63,571 nt of DNA, filler included, from Octopus bimaculoides (GCF_001194135.2; 4 parts of 4 records of this genome joined end to end with filler, not necessarily neighbours in it); one strand, 5' to 3'; positions 1 to 14,418 are shown, numbered from the whole stretch's first letter. Notes: generated by a model from the letters alone, not told the origin. Made by a program: numbers and translations.

Positions 1-223
1 CTTAACAAGCAGAAATTGAAGACCTATTTTGTATATCTTAACCTACCTTTGATGAGATTCGACATTCATATATTTTTTTTTATTTTATTAATTAATATTC
101 TAGAGGTCTGGAATTGAAAAGTCTGTCAATTTGTCAATGAATAAATAATGTAATAATTACCTCTACTTATTATAATATATTATATTATGTTATATCAAAT
201 TATATATATATATACACACACAC

Positions 224-530
224 TATAGCCTCAGGCCCACCAATGCCGTAGGAGTTGAATTCGTAAACGGAAACTCAGAGAAGCCTGTTGTATATTTGTG
301 TATATTTGTGTGTGTATCTGTCTGTGTATCTGTCTGTGTATCTGTCAGTGCTTGTACCCCCATCATCGCTTGATAATGTTGCTGTGTTTACGTCCCTGTA
401 AACTAGCCGTTTGGCAAAACGCCGATAGAATAAATACTAGGCTTTCAAAAATAAAATCCTGGATCGGTTTCTTAGACTAAAGGCAATGCTCCAGCATGGC
501 TGCAATCACATGACTGAAACAAATAAAACA
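224..530 (+). mobile_element. SINE family A fragment (5'-truncated; internal TG/TA microsatellite)
   Basis: Same blocks as the fuller copies at 32097, 42715, 46135 and 63330 (tatagcc..ggaaact..gaagcc; ..gatagaataaatactaggc..ctccagcatggc..aatgactgaaaca). Confidence 0.75.
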
Positions 531-2047
531 TGTCTATGCCATTTAATCCCAAGCAACGCCGAGTATTTCTGCTAGTACAAAAATATTTGACTTTGTGCAA
601 GCATTATTTATTCTTTCTACGGTCTAGACTATTATCTAAAAAACTTTTTCTAGGCAGACAATTTCTGGGCACAAATTCATTATATTACATTTACATAAAT
701 CCTCTCATATTCAAGAATGCTGGAAATTTCGTCATAGAGATGCAGTAGGTCTTTTTACATAAGGCAAACACGTGTAACTCTTGCTTTATTTGTTCCTAGA
801 ATATAGTGATTTGTGCATGAAATTTAGAGAGCAAATTCAAAGAATATAATGGGATATACGTGGGACCTTAATGGTATAAATGATGATTCAGTTTATTAGA
901 TGTAAGCACCAGTGTGTAATAGAGATGTTACGTACAAGCTATAGACATCAAAAACTAATTCGAACGAGCTCTATTATAATGATATATAGCTTATGTATAA
1001 ATTTAATTTGCATTTGTTATTAATGATCATATTCTAATTATATCTCAGTCTCGAAAAAACATTTGAAACATCTTATTTATCATTACAATAGTTTTCAAAC
1101 TTTTATAAATTCTGTAATGTATTAAGAGAAGAAGATCAAGGAAAAGTGGAAAATATACGATATCAGAATAAAGTAACCAATAAAAAATGTCAGTAATAAT
1201 TCTGATGTTTATTGAAACAAAATTATACTTGCTTTAAGCAGCAGTCACCTAATCATGGTATAATAATTTCATTTTAATTTTTATGAAACGAAAAATTCGA
1301 TTGTCTACTTCACGTAGTATGCATTATGATGGTGTTAGTCGTATATATGTCTGTTACTACTATATAATACTGTGGTGGGTTGCGATAAGAGTGTGTCTGT
1401 ATGATTTTGTGTATTTTGCTTGGCATGTGTACAAATATATATGATTGTATATATCTGTGATTATGAATATATGTGCTAAATGATACATGTCATTATCTTC
1501 ATTTGTGCCGACATGTGAGGCTTAAATCTTTCAGCAAATACTGATTTATAAATTAGTCTCGTTTAAAATAGATATGCTGGTCGATGCATTAGACTAAAAC
1601 AAACATTGTATGTAATGCTGTAGCAAGGCCGCGGCTGTATAAAAAGTAGTAACATTCTACGAGGAAAAAGTTTTTCTTTTTATTTTCCGTTCATGTTTTT
1701 CGTTACTTAAGATGAAATATCTGGATTGAAACATGTGACAGAATATTTATTTACATTGTTTCTGAACGAATCGATATTAGGAAATTTTTGTGTATGTCTT
1801 TAACTCCGTTATAATATTCAAATGGACGGAAGCAAATTACTTTTACCCCTTGGGATAAGTATCCGTCTGCAGCATAGTATTATTTTTATTTCTATAGACG
1901 CCTAAAAATATCTCTGAAAATTTTAAAAACATGTTTTTTTCCCCTGTGATATGCAATAAAGTATTAAAGATGGAGAAAAAAGTTTATACTGCGTAAATAA
2001 AGTTATATGCACACACACACACACACACACACAGACACACAAACACA

Positions 2048-2081
<34 letters not shown>

Positions 2082-5000
2082 GATAGACAAATGGCTAGAT
2101 AGATAGATAAATAGATAGATAGATAGATANNNNNNNNNNNNNNNNNNNNNNNNNNNNNNNNNNNNNNNNNNNNNNNNNNNNNNNNNNNNNNNNNNNNNNN
2201 NNNNNNNNNNNNNNNNNNNNNNNNNNNNNNNNNNNNNNNNNNNNNNNNNNNNNNNNNNNNNNNNNNNNNNNNNNNNNNNNNNNNNNNNNNNNNNNNNNNN
2301 NNNNNNNNNNNNNNNNNNNNNNNNNNNNNNNNNNNNNNNNNNNNNNNNNNNNNNNNNNNNNNNNNNNNNNNNNNNNNNNNNNNNNNNNNNNNNNNNNNNN
2401 NNNNNNNNNNNNNNNNNNNNNNNNNNNNNNNNNNNNNNNNNNNNNNNNNNNNNNNNNNNNNNNNNNNNNNNNNNNNNNNNNNNNNNNNNNNNNNNNNNNN
2501 NNNNNNNNNNNNNNNNNNNNNNNNNNNNNNNNNNNNNNNNNNNNNNNNNNNNNATATATATATATATACATTCATACATATAGACCTGTCGGTATTTATA
2601 TGGATATACGTATGTATACATATACACACATATGCACACATGTAGCCAAACACATGCACATAGATACGCACATATATATAGGTAGATAGACACAAACATA
2701 GATAATTCTAGTAGAAATATGTTGATCAATGTATACAGGGCACTTATACTGCATTTTAATTTAAAGGAAAAGTCAATACAAAATGTATAAAATGCGCACC
2801 GTGAAAAAGTAAATTTTAAACTCAAAAACAAAATAAAACTATATATTTAGAAATTAAAATAGCAAATTAATTAGAATTAATTACTCTCAATGCATAAAGG
2901 TTTAAACATTTTATTTTAGTCAGTTCATTAACAGTGTAATTATGTACAGTTTTTGCCTTTTATTAACTTGAAATTATTTTAACGCACACTTTCACACACA
3001 TACGCATGCACACACTGACAAGTAAATGTATGTACGTGTTATTTTTTTTCATTCAAAATTATATTATCACCGTGAAATATCTGAGTGCCATTCTTAATTA
3101 CTATTGATAGAGGGATATAGTTTGTCTAATACATTGACTAAAAGTAAATTAATTGAATTTTTAGACTAAATCAATAATATAGTTGTTCTAAACTATATGC
3201 AAATTATGATCAAGGAATACTAATTAAAAGAAAGTATAATGTACATCGTTTTTAATATTGGTTTTTCCACTTTAATTTTAATATTTACTTTTATTTTTGC
3301 TCCATATGTTTTAAGTTCATGAACGTTAAATCAATACTCAACTAAAGATTAACGAGTGCATTGCAATACAATGATGAATACCATATAATTGTGTATTGCA
3401 GTCAACATATTGCTAGTAATAAAAAATAATATGTGCTATCTTTCTTAAAGTTATAGTTTTTTTGAAGAGGGATGATGCTGGTGACGTCTTTATGTAAGCT
3501 CTTATCGTGGATTAGGAGCCACTAGAGTGGATCCCCGCTAGCCTCCCACTACTACCTAATTCGAATTGTACATATTTAGCAGTTAAATACAGTATAAGAA
3601 TTCAGAAGAGAATCAAATGGCTACGATTCTACTGATAAAGCAGTTTTCAGCTATGCTTATTCTTTTGTTCAATGTGGAACCGATTAAGAATGTATTGGAC
3701 ATGTTCCCTACGCATTGATTTCTGTTTGAATAAGAACAATGATAGTCTAACTGATAAATATACTGATTAAGTAATATGTTACTTTGGTTTACTAAGAAAA
3801 TACATACATTTGAATTAATACAATTCAATGCATTAGATTTTTTATTTATTAAATTGAGAATTTTTGAGACTGCACATATTATCGTTTTGTTGAATTTCAA
3901 ATTAAAGGATTTTGTGTTCAATCTCAATACATCGTGATCCGATTTCTTCTTTCATAACAACAGGCCAATTAGAACAATTTTCTAAAGTGGAACGGAGCAG
4001 AATCCCCATAACTTACATAGCTTAAATTCGTTTGTGATAGATTTGTCTGCCACAAGCGAATGCATTTAATGAAGTCTACACATATGCTAGCAGTCGAACC
4101 AACTATGTGGTGTTAGGATAAATTGCCCCTGCGAAAAATCAGTCAAATAATACCCGAAAACTACCGTGTGCCTCAATATTTCTCTTTTGACTTTTGAAGC
4201 GAAATCCGATGAATAAGCATGCCTGCGCGGAAAATGTGCAGGTGGGCGTAATGTGAGTGACAATACGTTGCAACTTTTTGTAGTTTTGATTGTCGTTGAG
4301 AAAATAAGTCAATCTTCTCACAATAAAATTAAGATCAATTTCATATATATCATGATACATCTATTTGTCACTCAGAATAAAGACAGCAACATTAATCAAT
4401 GCTACATTTTTATCACAGCGGAACGGGATGTGCTCCGAGCGAGAATAAGTTGCTATTTCTACAAGGTTGGTCAAAAACGTTGATGTTTCTGATTCATATT
4501 TTAGTAGATGTTAAAGTTATTTTGTTCAAATGGTCGCCTACATTACTTTAAAGAACGATTATGGCTTTTCAGCAGCTATAAACACATTACTGCCGATACA
4601 GAAGGTCTGTTACCAGGTTATATATGCTTGAGGCATATTGAAAGCCCTTAGAAATAAGGTTAAAGATTACACACACACATATATATATGTGTGTTTGTTT
4701 GTGTGTGTGTGAATAAATGTGTCCATGGGCGTGTATGAATGAGTAGTGTTTTTTTTTTGTTTGGTATGTGTGTCATTTGTAGAATCAAGTGTATATGATA
4801 GTTTAAGTACGTTGTTAGTTGGTGATCAAAACGGTCGTAGCAGTATGGTTATTATTAATTCAATGAGTTGGCCAGCAAGCCACTTCGGCGTTTGTCAACA
4901 CTAAACTACAAAATCTCTAGTAATTAGTTGGCATGTGTCCGCCCTTTGTGATACGCATTTGTTAGATACTTGACACTCCAATGTTCATCGATGTGAAGTT

Positions 5001-5084
5001 GCGGGATTTGTGTGCATGCGATCACTCTGAATATGGAGAGCTACATTATCGACATCTTTTTAAAAAAGGCAAAATTCTTTACAG

Positions 5085-5360
5085 CACATTTCTTTTCAGA
5101 CGCAACAGAACTTACTAGAGCTCAAATGGGAAGTTTTGGCGCACCTTCCACATTCGCCCCAACTTCAGATTTCAACCACTTTCGGTTTCTCCTAAATTCA
5201 GTGAATTGGAAGACCTTTAATCCTGAAGGAGTAAAAATTTATTTGAAGGAGCCATTTGCTAGTAAAGATGAAAAATTCTTTGAGAAGGAAAAAATGTGTC
5301 TTCCCGCAATTAGGCGAAAAGATACAGAACGAAATGGCAATTTATCAGTAACTGAATATT
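5085..5360 (+). mobile_element. mariner transposase C-terminal remnant (frameshifted)
   Basis: Translates across frames as LLELKWEVLAHLPHS.. then HFRFLLNSVNWKTF..KDEKFFEK..LPAIRRKDTERNGN. This resembles the mariner C-terminus (LGWEVLPHPPYSPDLAPSDYHLF..GI..LP.RWQKV..NG.Y). Confidence 0.75.
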
Positions 5361-5621
5361 TCGCCTTCTGCCTCCTTTTGTATTATTTTCGCTTAAAAAC
5401 GGACTTTTGACCAATTCGATATTGTATGTAGCTTTAGAAGTTGTAGGGAGTATAGTACGTTTCTACGTTTGAAATTATTATAGTCAAATGATAAGAGAAA
5501 ATGCATTTGTGATAAAAGGGTGACATATATATTGTAGGTGTGTTACTATATTTGCAAATAATGTTTGCGTAAATTTACTCAGCACATGAAGCATTCGAAG
5601 CTTCAGTTAATAGTATCTCTA

Positions 5622-5656
<35 letters not shown>

Positions 5657-6458
5657 CACGACACTACTGAATCACAGACAATCGTAAAAAAAATCCGTTT
5701 GTTTCTTGTCTTAGCGTATATCATGTGTATGTATGAATAAGCTTTAGATATAGACAGAAGGAAGTTTGTGTATACAACATAATACGAACAGAGAACACAA
5801 AGTTAATAACAACTAAACAACAGCTACACCAATTATTTTTTATCTTTATTTCTTCAATTTTCATTCCGTTCTCGCATTTGACATCAAGATGCTGTCATAT
5901 GCATTAAAAATACCATGTCATAGAGAATTTACAAACAAGCTATTTCTATATCTTGTTGTCAGTACACAATAAGTCTGTTTACTGTTAGGAATGTTCATTT
6001 TATATTGAATTAAATCTCATTTGATCTTCCGTTTTGCGACGTTTGGCACCATTTCTTCAACGTTCACTCGTCTATTAACGTCTAAGATAAGCAAGAGTTT
6101 ATTAATCATATTTTCATATTTTTAGTAATAATATTCATAAAATGAATGGTTACCGGTATAGTTTTGAATTTTCATTTGGAAATATACACGGGTAATCAAC
6201 TGTTTCACAAAAGTAGTTATTTAAGATAATTTAATTGTGAGGTATGTGTAATTTACACGTAAGATTAAAAACTATTGACGTAGTGTATGATATATTTTCA
6301 GGAAAAAAAAGAATACAAAGTAAAAACGAGTATCACAAAATTAATTCAGTAAATATGGCCATATTACTAAATGTTCGACTTGCTTATAAAATGTAATTAC
6401 TCATACAAAGCATTCCGTATGTTATACCTACACACGCATGGACGTACACACATATGCG

Positions 6459-6500
<42 letters not shown>

Positions 6501-6715
6501 NNNNNNNNNNNNNNNNNNNNNNNNNNNNNNNNNNNNNNNNNNNNNNNNNNNNNNNNNNNNNNNNNNNNNNNNNNNNNNNNNNNNNNNNNNNNNNNNNNNN
6601 NNNNNNNNNNNNNNNNNNNNNNNNNNNNNNNNNNNNNNNNNNNNNNNNNNNNNNNNNNNNNNNNNNNNNNNNNNNNNNNNNNNNNNNNNNNNNNNNNNNN
6701 NNNNNNNNNNNNNNN

Positions 6716-6765
<50 letters not shown>

Positions 6766-9700
6766 CTATGTATGCACATATGCATTTGTGCGTCTGTGCG
6801 TGTGTGAGAGTGTGTACTCATATATGTATAAGTACAAGAACACTTTATGGTTTTGATTTGCCTGTGAATATATGAAAAATCGGCTAAAATTGATGATTGC
6901 AACAGGATAGATAATAAACTAAAATTTTGAATTACATTGTTTAGTGACATTTTCTTTTTCTGTAAATATTTCTAGATATTCTTCACCGAGTAGACTACTG
7001 AAAGTATTCTTTTTTAGCCACAACAACTCCTTTGAATGCATATGAAGGTGTACATTTTCAAACACAACGTACGTTGGTAATTTTGGTGCAGAGAAATTTG
7101 ATTGTGCATGCTCATCAATAGTTGCTTGCCGTTCGATAATTCGAACTCATATCATAGTCGTGGTCGTAGTTGTTTTTGTTATTGTTGTTGCTGTTGTATT
7201 ATTTCTTTCTGTTTCTCATAAAGAACAAATTGCCTCGCTGAATTAAACCGCATGTCTGTTTTCTTACTGTGGACAGCATTCCCCTTTGTGCAATTCCCTT
7301 TGTTGAATCTAAGTTGTGTATCTTTTATGTAAAATTTGCTATTTAGAGCATTTGGTTTGAATAAATATATAACAAGAAAAGTTACATGTACCAGATAAGA
7401 TAAATTGTTGTTTAATTACCTTACTAGTTTTGTTTGTTGTTTTAGCCATATAAAGTTTATTAAATATCATACATAAATGCATGCATATCTAGATTTATAT
7501 GCATTTACTTTGGCATCCAAATGAATGTACGTTTGTGTTTCTGTAGAAATTCGTAAATGATTCCGTGTTTAAATTTTCGACGTTGTCTGAACAAATGCTC
7601 TCTGTGCCAAGCGTTAGATGTCGAAGTGATCACAGAGCAACGTGATGAAGAGTTTTTTTTCCCCCCATGAGAACAACGCACTACTCTAACCATTAAGTAA
7701 TGCGCAACGTATGTGAAGTTGATCTATAAATGCAAAATCTTTAAAAGAATTGACACATGAGAAAACCGTACTCTATGAATAATCTAGTAATGAAGACACA
7801 GTAAAACAATAGAAAGAATCGTACACACGATTTAGTTGATCCTTGGTAACTCGCGTACTCATACATATTGCAGCAATGATATCCTGTTCTTCTCTGAGTG
7901 ATTATCTCTCTCATTATCACACATTCTCTGTCTGCAATTATATAAACACTTTCTTCACATTTCTCATGAGTAACTATAAACTCATTTACTTATAATACCA
8001 CATATATTTCTTTCTGTTTGTACCCATTTGTTTTGAGGATTAATTCCTTTGTGGAACCCAAAGTCGTCGGCAATATAGACAATGTGCATCTGTGCTGTTT
8101 TAATGAACGAAATTCCTATTTGTATGCATGTAAGTATGCATGCGTGCGAATAAATACACAATACACACACACACACTCACACACACACATACACACACAC
8201 ACACACATAATCAGTACATGTGTGTGTATGCGTGTGTGTGTGTGTGTGTGTGTGCGTGTGTTTGTAGTGTACATAAATATATGCAAATGCAGACACAGAT
8301 ATATATANNNNNNNNNNNNNNNNNNNNNNNNNNNNNNNNNNNNNNNNNNNNNNNNNNNNNNNNNNNNNNNNNNNNNNNNNNNNNNNNNNNNNNNNNNNNN
8401 NNNNNTATATATATATATATTTATACAGAGATTCGACAGATTGATAGATATAAATACTCAACTGCAGATGATATACACTGACCAGTTTATAAATATTTGA
8501 ATCTCGATCAAATTCACATATGGTTTGGTTACCAGATAAAATGTGTATGTTTATCGATCAGGCGATATTTATATTCATGTATTTATTTAGATATTTATAA
8601 AGTTTGCTTCGTGATGCAAATAGATTATGATGGAAATATGCTGCGAGGCAACGTATATAACGTGTCAATTAAGATATGTTGTGTTTTTAAACATACTTTT
8701 TATTTTTGCTAGTTCTGTCCAAATATGTTTTGACGAAAAAATTATTTTAAATTTCGCTCGGATCGATTGAGAATTTAAGCCGCTGGTCTTGTTTGCTAAG
8801 CTGTCTTTACATTCTGTATTTTTCTTTCTATCCCTCGGTATTCTTTTGAGAAAAGCCACTCTAATTTCACTTGCGTTTCCAATATTCCACGTGCTGTAAA
8901 ACTGTTCTTTGGAGTTCATATCTCCGACATGTTTTACATAATGCAATGATGATTTTCCAATACTTAGATTCCTGTTAGTTTTTCAGGAATATTTAAACAA
9001 TTAGCCTAACAACAATACATGTTGGTGAAATTACGATTTCATTAGACTAATTTAATAATCCAACCGATCATAAAAAATAAAATCTCATTCTTCTATAACA
9101 TTTTCATCATAATCACACAGCGTCCACCGTACTCTTTTCGTTACTTTTTCTCACAGTTACTCTCCACCACATATACTTTTATATACTTCTCTTAAGTTAA
9201 GTTGAAGCCTATTAAGAACGTACAGGCACAACAGGATAGGGCTTACCTCGGTCTGCAATGGAATTTAAGCTGTCCTTTGTGAAACTCGCACACTAAAACG
9301 ACATGTAAGTTTCATTCGATGTACTCTGTCCGTTATTGCTAGTCATCAATTTCATTTGAATTCGACAGTAAAATGAGGAACGTAGTGACGTACTCAAAGA
9401 AAGAATTCATCAAAGCATTATCCGATCCAGGAAGCGAATCGAACACCCTAATCACTAAATCACTCTCTTTTGTATTCACGTAAGTGCTATTTGTACTGAG
9501 ATAAAGCATTTATTGAATCTAATTTATAAATGGAATTTTACTAGTTAAAATCATATCTCAGCAAAGATACATATCGAAGGTCTATAGACCCGTAACACTA
9601 TGCGTTGTGCATGAATGTAACCGGATGATTACAGTAATCTAATTGATGTATTTATAATGAATTTAGATTTTCTTCTCATTGGAACATAGATGGCATACAG

Positions 9701-10962
9701 ACAGCATGACGACAAGACGTTATGAGTGAATACATAAAGAGACATAGTCTTCGAACGACTATGTTTAAATCCTTCAGCAGAAAGCATTGTATTCGCAGGA
9801 GGTCCCGTCTTTTGCTTATCTGTTTTACCGGATAAGGACGAATCAAACTCTAGCGTCTAGCTGAAATGTTATTCAAGTTTGCCAGGTAATGTCAATAACC
9901 ACCGAGAAAAAGGCGACGGACCGCTTCATGTGATTGTGTGTAGTTTAATTATATTTACTGTATTCTTGTTCATTATTTATTGTTATTATAGCATCTCTTC
10001 ACTACAACGCTTCATTCTTATTGCTAATTCTATCTAGAAGGTTGTTTCCCTTGCTTCTTTTGTTCCTGTTTTCTGTTCAGGGAGAGATAATAAATAACAC
10101 ATTTTCAATGAGGTGGGCTGCAAAATTAAGTGATTTATTGTATGTATATTAAGGGATTCACATTATCTGCCACTGTGTATGTTTCATCAGCAGATATACA
10201 GCAGCTTTGGAATGATACTACAACACTTTACTGATGATAATAAAGAATTAATAATCAATTTGCATTAGAAACTAAAATTATAAAGTCGATCGTCGCCAAT
10301 TACTGAACAGCCTTCGGCAGTTAGATTCATGTGGTTATCGGTCACGTGGTTGTAGTATTCCATTGCACGTCAGATGTAAACAAGAGAGAAACACGAATGT
10401 CTCCACTAATAGGAAACATTTAAATTCCTATATAATTATGTAAATCTACATTCCTGCAATTTCTAATTGTACATTCTCGAAATTCAAACAATATTTCAGT
10501 TCCGAAATTAAACATTCTAATCATAAATTGTACATTCTCTGCCAAGAATTTAAAATAAGTACTAATATAAACTTGATATCTAGTTGCATGTGACAACAAA
10601 TATAAATTACTATCAGACATAAATAAGTCTGTGTGGTGAACCAACTTAGTATATTTATAGTACGCAATTGTCCTTAACATAGCGCCTTAATATCTATAAG
10701 TATGTCGATATAATTCATAAGACACATAGACTGGCACAAGCACACACTCACATACAAATATGTATATGTCATTCAAAAGCACAGAAAACAAAAGACAAAG
10801 AGAGAACGACAAGAAAGTGCATTAGTTTGACGTTCGAGAAGCTATATTTATATACACGTTGGATTCTCCCGTCGAAGAAACCTCTGAGCATATAGCCTTT
10901 GGGAGAAAGACCTACAAAAATGATCTGTGTATAATGACCAAATGTTCGTGCCGCACATTAGC

Positions 10963-11002
<40 letters not shown>

Positions 11003-11428
11003 NNNNNNNNNNNNNNNNNNNNNNNNNNNNNNNNNNNNNNNNNNNNNNNNNNNNNNNNNNNNNNNNNNNNNNNNNNNNNNNNNNNNNNNNNNNNNNNNNN
11101 NNNNNNNNNNNNNNNNNNNNNNNNNNNNNNNNNNNNNNNNNNNNNNNNNNNNNNNNNNNNNNNNNNNNNNNNNNNNNNNNNNNNNNNNNNNNNNNNNNNN
11201 NNNNNNNNNNNNNNNNNNNNNNNNNNNNNNNNNNNNNNNNNNNNNNNNNNNNNNNNNNNNNNNNNNNNNNNNNNNNNNNNNNNNNNNNNNNNNNNNNNNN
11301 NNNNNNNNNNNNNNNNNNNNNNNNNNNNNNNNNNNNNNNNNNNNNNNNNNNNNNNNNNNNNNNNNNNNNNNNNNNNNNNNNNNNNNNNNNNNNNNNNNNN
11401 NNNNNNNNNNNNNNNNNNNNNNNNNNNT

Positions 11429-11560
11429 ATATATATATGTAAAACGTTAAACACAATGAGAAACGAAAACTTAGAAAACGGACTATTTTTGAACAACAGA
11501 AAAAACAAACAGAGGAACGAGACATGCAATATAAAGAGTATACCCCTTCGTCAGTTGTTC
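11429..11560 (-). repeat. dispersed repeat ending in (TA)n; related to 30440-30640; possible Penelope-like terminus
   Basis: Shares aatgagaaacgaaaac..gacatgcaa..cccttcgtcagttgt with 30440-30640. Confidence 0.6.
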
Positions 11561-14228
11561 CTGAAGCATCAATTCAGTTTTTCGCAGGCTAATCTCAAGT
11601 CCGAAGGCTTTTGCTGCTTCTGCTAGACACGTGGCAAGTTCTAGCAGGTGTTGTTCATTCAATGCTGCAAGCTCAAAATCTGCTGCAAAGAGGAAGTCTC
11701 TCACTAAGGCGTCCAGGGCTTTGGTTTTTGTCAAAAGACGTCTGAGGTCAAAGAATCGGCTGTCACATCTGTAGCCAATAATGACACCAGCAACAGACTT
11801 TGACAGGGCGTGGAAGAGCATGGTAGCAAACATTAGGCTGGAGAGTGTGAGAGACATCACGCAGCCTTGCTTCACGCCATTGGAGACGGGAATGGATCAG
11901 AGACAGCTCCGTTTTCCACATTGCGAGCCATCATACCATCATGAAATGACTGGATGATCCTCACGAACTTTGGTGGGAAGCCTAGCTTGAACAAGATATT
12001 CCGCAGGCCCTCTCGGATGACAGTCAAAAGCCTTCGTCAGGTCCACGAAGAGGATGTAGAGGTTCTGGCTTTTTCTTGGCACTTTTATATCTGCCGTACT
12101 GCAAAGACCATGTCTGTTGTCCCCTGGTGTTCCTCAATCCACACTGGCTCTCTGAGACGACGTCGTGCAGCTGGCAGAGTGTGATGCGGTTCAGACAAAC
12201 ACGAGCCATGACCTTTCCTGTGATGCTCAGCAATGAGATGCCTCTGTGGTTGTCACATTAAGCTTTGACATCCTTGTTGGCATCCTTGAAGTCCTGTGGC
12301 ACTGACCCTTCACACCAGAACTGCTGTATCAGCTCAGTTAACTTGATGGCAACAGCTTCACCTCCCTCTTTGAAGATCTCTGTGGGTATTGATTAAGGAC
12401 CAGGTGCTTTACACGCATGTAGTTGCTTGATGGCGTTCTGGATTTCCGCCAGTGTTGCGGGGTAATCAAGCGACACCACGACTGGGCGCTGTGGTCTGTT
12501 TTGGATGGCCTGCTTGTTAATCTGGAAAGATCTGTTTAGCAGCTGACTGAAGTGTTCACTCCAGCTGTGTATGATTTCGCTCTTCTCAGTAAGTAGTGTC
12601 CCATCAGCAGAGCCGCCAGGTGCCATTGGATTTAGCGTGGGGCCTTACACGTCTTTCCGATCAGCAAAGAACTTCTTGGAGTTGTGCTCGTCTGCATGCT
12701 GCTGTAGTTCTCCAGCCTTGTTTTCCCACCACTTGTCTTTCATCTGTAGCAGCTCAGTCTGCACCTTTCCTCTGATGTTTTTCAGGCGGTCGTGCTTGGC
12801 TTGGGAGTCTTTGTCGTTGAGTCAGGCTGTGAAGACTTCTTTCTTCTCCTGGAGGAGGGTGGTGATTTCCGTGTTGTTGTCAAACCAATGTTGGTGTTTC
12901 CGTTTTGGGTGTTCGAGGGTAAGGCTGACAGAGTCATACACTGTATTCCGGAAGTTGGCCCAAACCTTCTCAAGGTTTCCCTCTGCTAGAAGAAGTTCAA
13001 GCTGGTTCGCAAGGTTGGCAATGAGGATCTCTTTTGTTTTAGGTTCATTGAGTTTCTGGACGTCCAGTTTCTTTTTAACGTTAGTTTTCTGGCGACTGTG
13101 TCTGCTGACAATAGAAAAGGACAGTCTGCACCTCAACAGCAGGCGATCTGTCCAGCAGTCAGCTCCCCTCATTTCCCTAGTGATGCGAACATCCTGGATA
13201 CCACGGCGCCTGGTGATCACATATTCAATCAGGTGCCAATGCTTGGACCTTGGGTGCATCCAGGTAGCCGTGTGGATGTCAGGCAGTTGGCACAGGGTAT
13301 TGGTGATGGTGAGTCTCTCTTCAGCGCAGAAGGTGAGTAACAGTTGACCGTTGATATTCTCATGTCCGATGTAATGTGGCCCGATGACACCTAACAAAGA
13401 CTAGGCATCTCTGCCTACGCGGGCATTTAAGTCCCCGAGTATCAGCAGCTTGTCGTCTTTAGGAGCTGATGGTAGTTATTTCATGATGTTCCGATAGAAC
13501 AACTCTCTATGCTCCAGAGTGTAGGTCACGATGGGGGCGTAAGCACTGATGCGTGTCAGGTGCATCTTGCCTTCGAGAGGATTTCTCATCAACATCAGGT
13601 GGTCACTGATTCCTTTTGGAATCCAGGTTCTTGATGAAGTTGGTGAGAATGGCAAATCCAACTCCTGCTCCTTGCGTTCGTCATGTGCCTTCTCTGACCA
13701 AAAGAAATTGTATCCAACTCAAGCCTCGGTAATCTCGCCAGTGTCGGCAAGGCATGTCTCGCTGAGGACAGCAACATCAATACTGTATCTATGTAGTTCA
13801 CGACCCACAAGTGTTGTTCGACGTTCTGGTCTGTAACAGTTTTGGTTGTCCATAAGTGTCCTGATGCTCCAGGCTCCAACACATAAAGTGCTTTTCCAGC
13901 GGGAGGACATTGGGTTCTTCTTTCGTACTTCTTTCATGTTTCGACCGTGTGGCAGATGACCAGTCAGCGGCGGTATGCAGACAGGATGAGATGAGGTAAG
14001 CTTTCTTTAGATCACCATTTCTAGACCATTTCCCCTAAGAGGCGGGAGCAGTGCTATTCCTGAAGAGGGTTCTTCCGTCGTCAGAATGGCTGCCGAATTA
14101 TGTCCTTGCCCCGGTAGGCTGCAAAACGACCATCCTTCCCTGACCGTCCGAGTGCAGGTGCATGGCTTGCAGCTCCCAGCACCATCCTGCACCTGCTATG
14201 GTCACCACTCGCCCATCGACTCAGGACT
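11561..14228 (-). mobile_element. RTE-clade (BovB-like) LINE, decayed: 5' UTR + APE endonuclease + most of RT, 3' end missing
   Basis: Minus-strand ORF fragments: GAWSIRTLMDN..RPERRTTLVGRELHRYSIDVAVLSET; TWMHPRSKHWHLIEYVITRRR..DCWTD; LSITGKVMARV..ESQCG; KQGCV; DFLFAAD..FGLEISLRKTE. Many stops and frameshifts. Confidence 0.93.
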
Positions 14229-14230
14229 TA

Positions 14231-14294
14231 GAAGAAGAAGAAGAAGAAGAAGAAGAAGAAGAAGAAGAAGAAGAAGAAGAAGAAGAAGAAGAAG
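14231..14294 (+). repeat. (GAA)n microsatellite abutting the LINE 5' end
   Basis: Direct reading. Confidence 0.95.
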
Positions 14295-14406
14295 AGGGGG
14301 TGGAGTCACTGAATCCTGGGCAAGAGAACTGTGGAAACCTTGGCTTGCCCAAGCCTAGAACCNNNNNNNNNNNNNNNNNNNNNNNNNNNNNNNNNNNNNN
14401 NNNNNN

Positions 14407-14418
14407 TTAATTAATTAA
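14407..14418. other. artificial gap linker TTAATTAATTAA (also 33963-33974 and 61420-61431)
   Basis: Identical 12-mer with stops in all six frames, embedded in N runs three times. Confidence 0.9.

Noticed and set aside
3616-3717. MATILLIKQFSAMLILLFNVEP.. resembling signal peptide plus FNV
   Set aside because: Stops after 33 codons; no FGYS motif; only a weak donor.
8497-8712. ORF reading NLDQIHIWFGYQ, superficially like an integrin N-terminus
   Set aside because: Spacing to FGY is far too short, no GAP motif, no signal peptide or usable splice sites.
9248-9293. Minus-strand mini-exon encoding C-x2-H-x7-C (B-box-like)
   Set aside because: Isolated 46 nt; the next expected ligand is absent and no partner exons were found.
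14086-14410. Poly-R and poly-E ORFs
   Set aside because: Translations of (GAA)n.
14407-14418. Palindromic TTAATTAATTAA islands inside N runs (three times)
   Set aside because: Six-frame-stop linker inserted during assembly; not biological.
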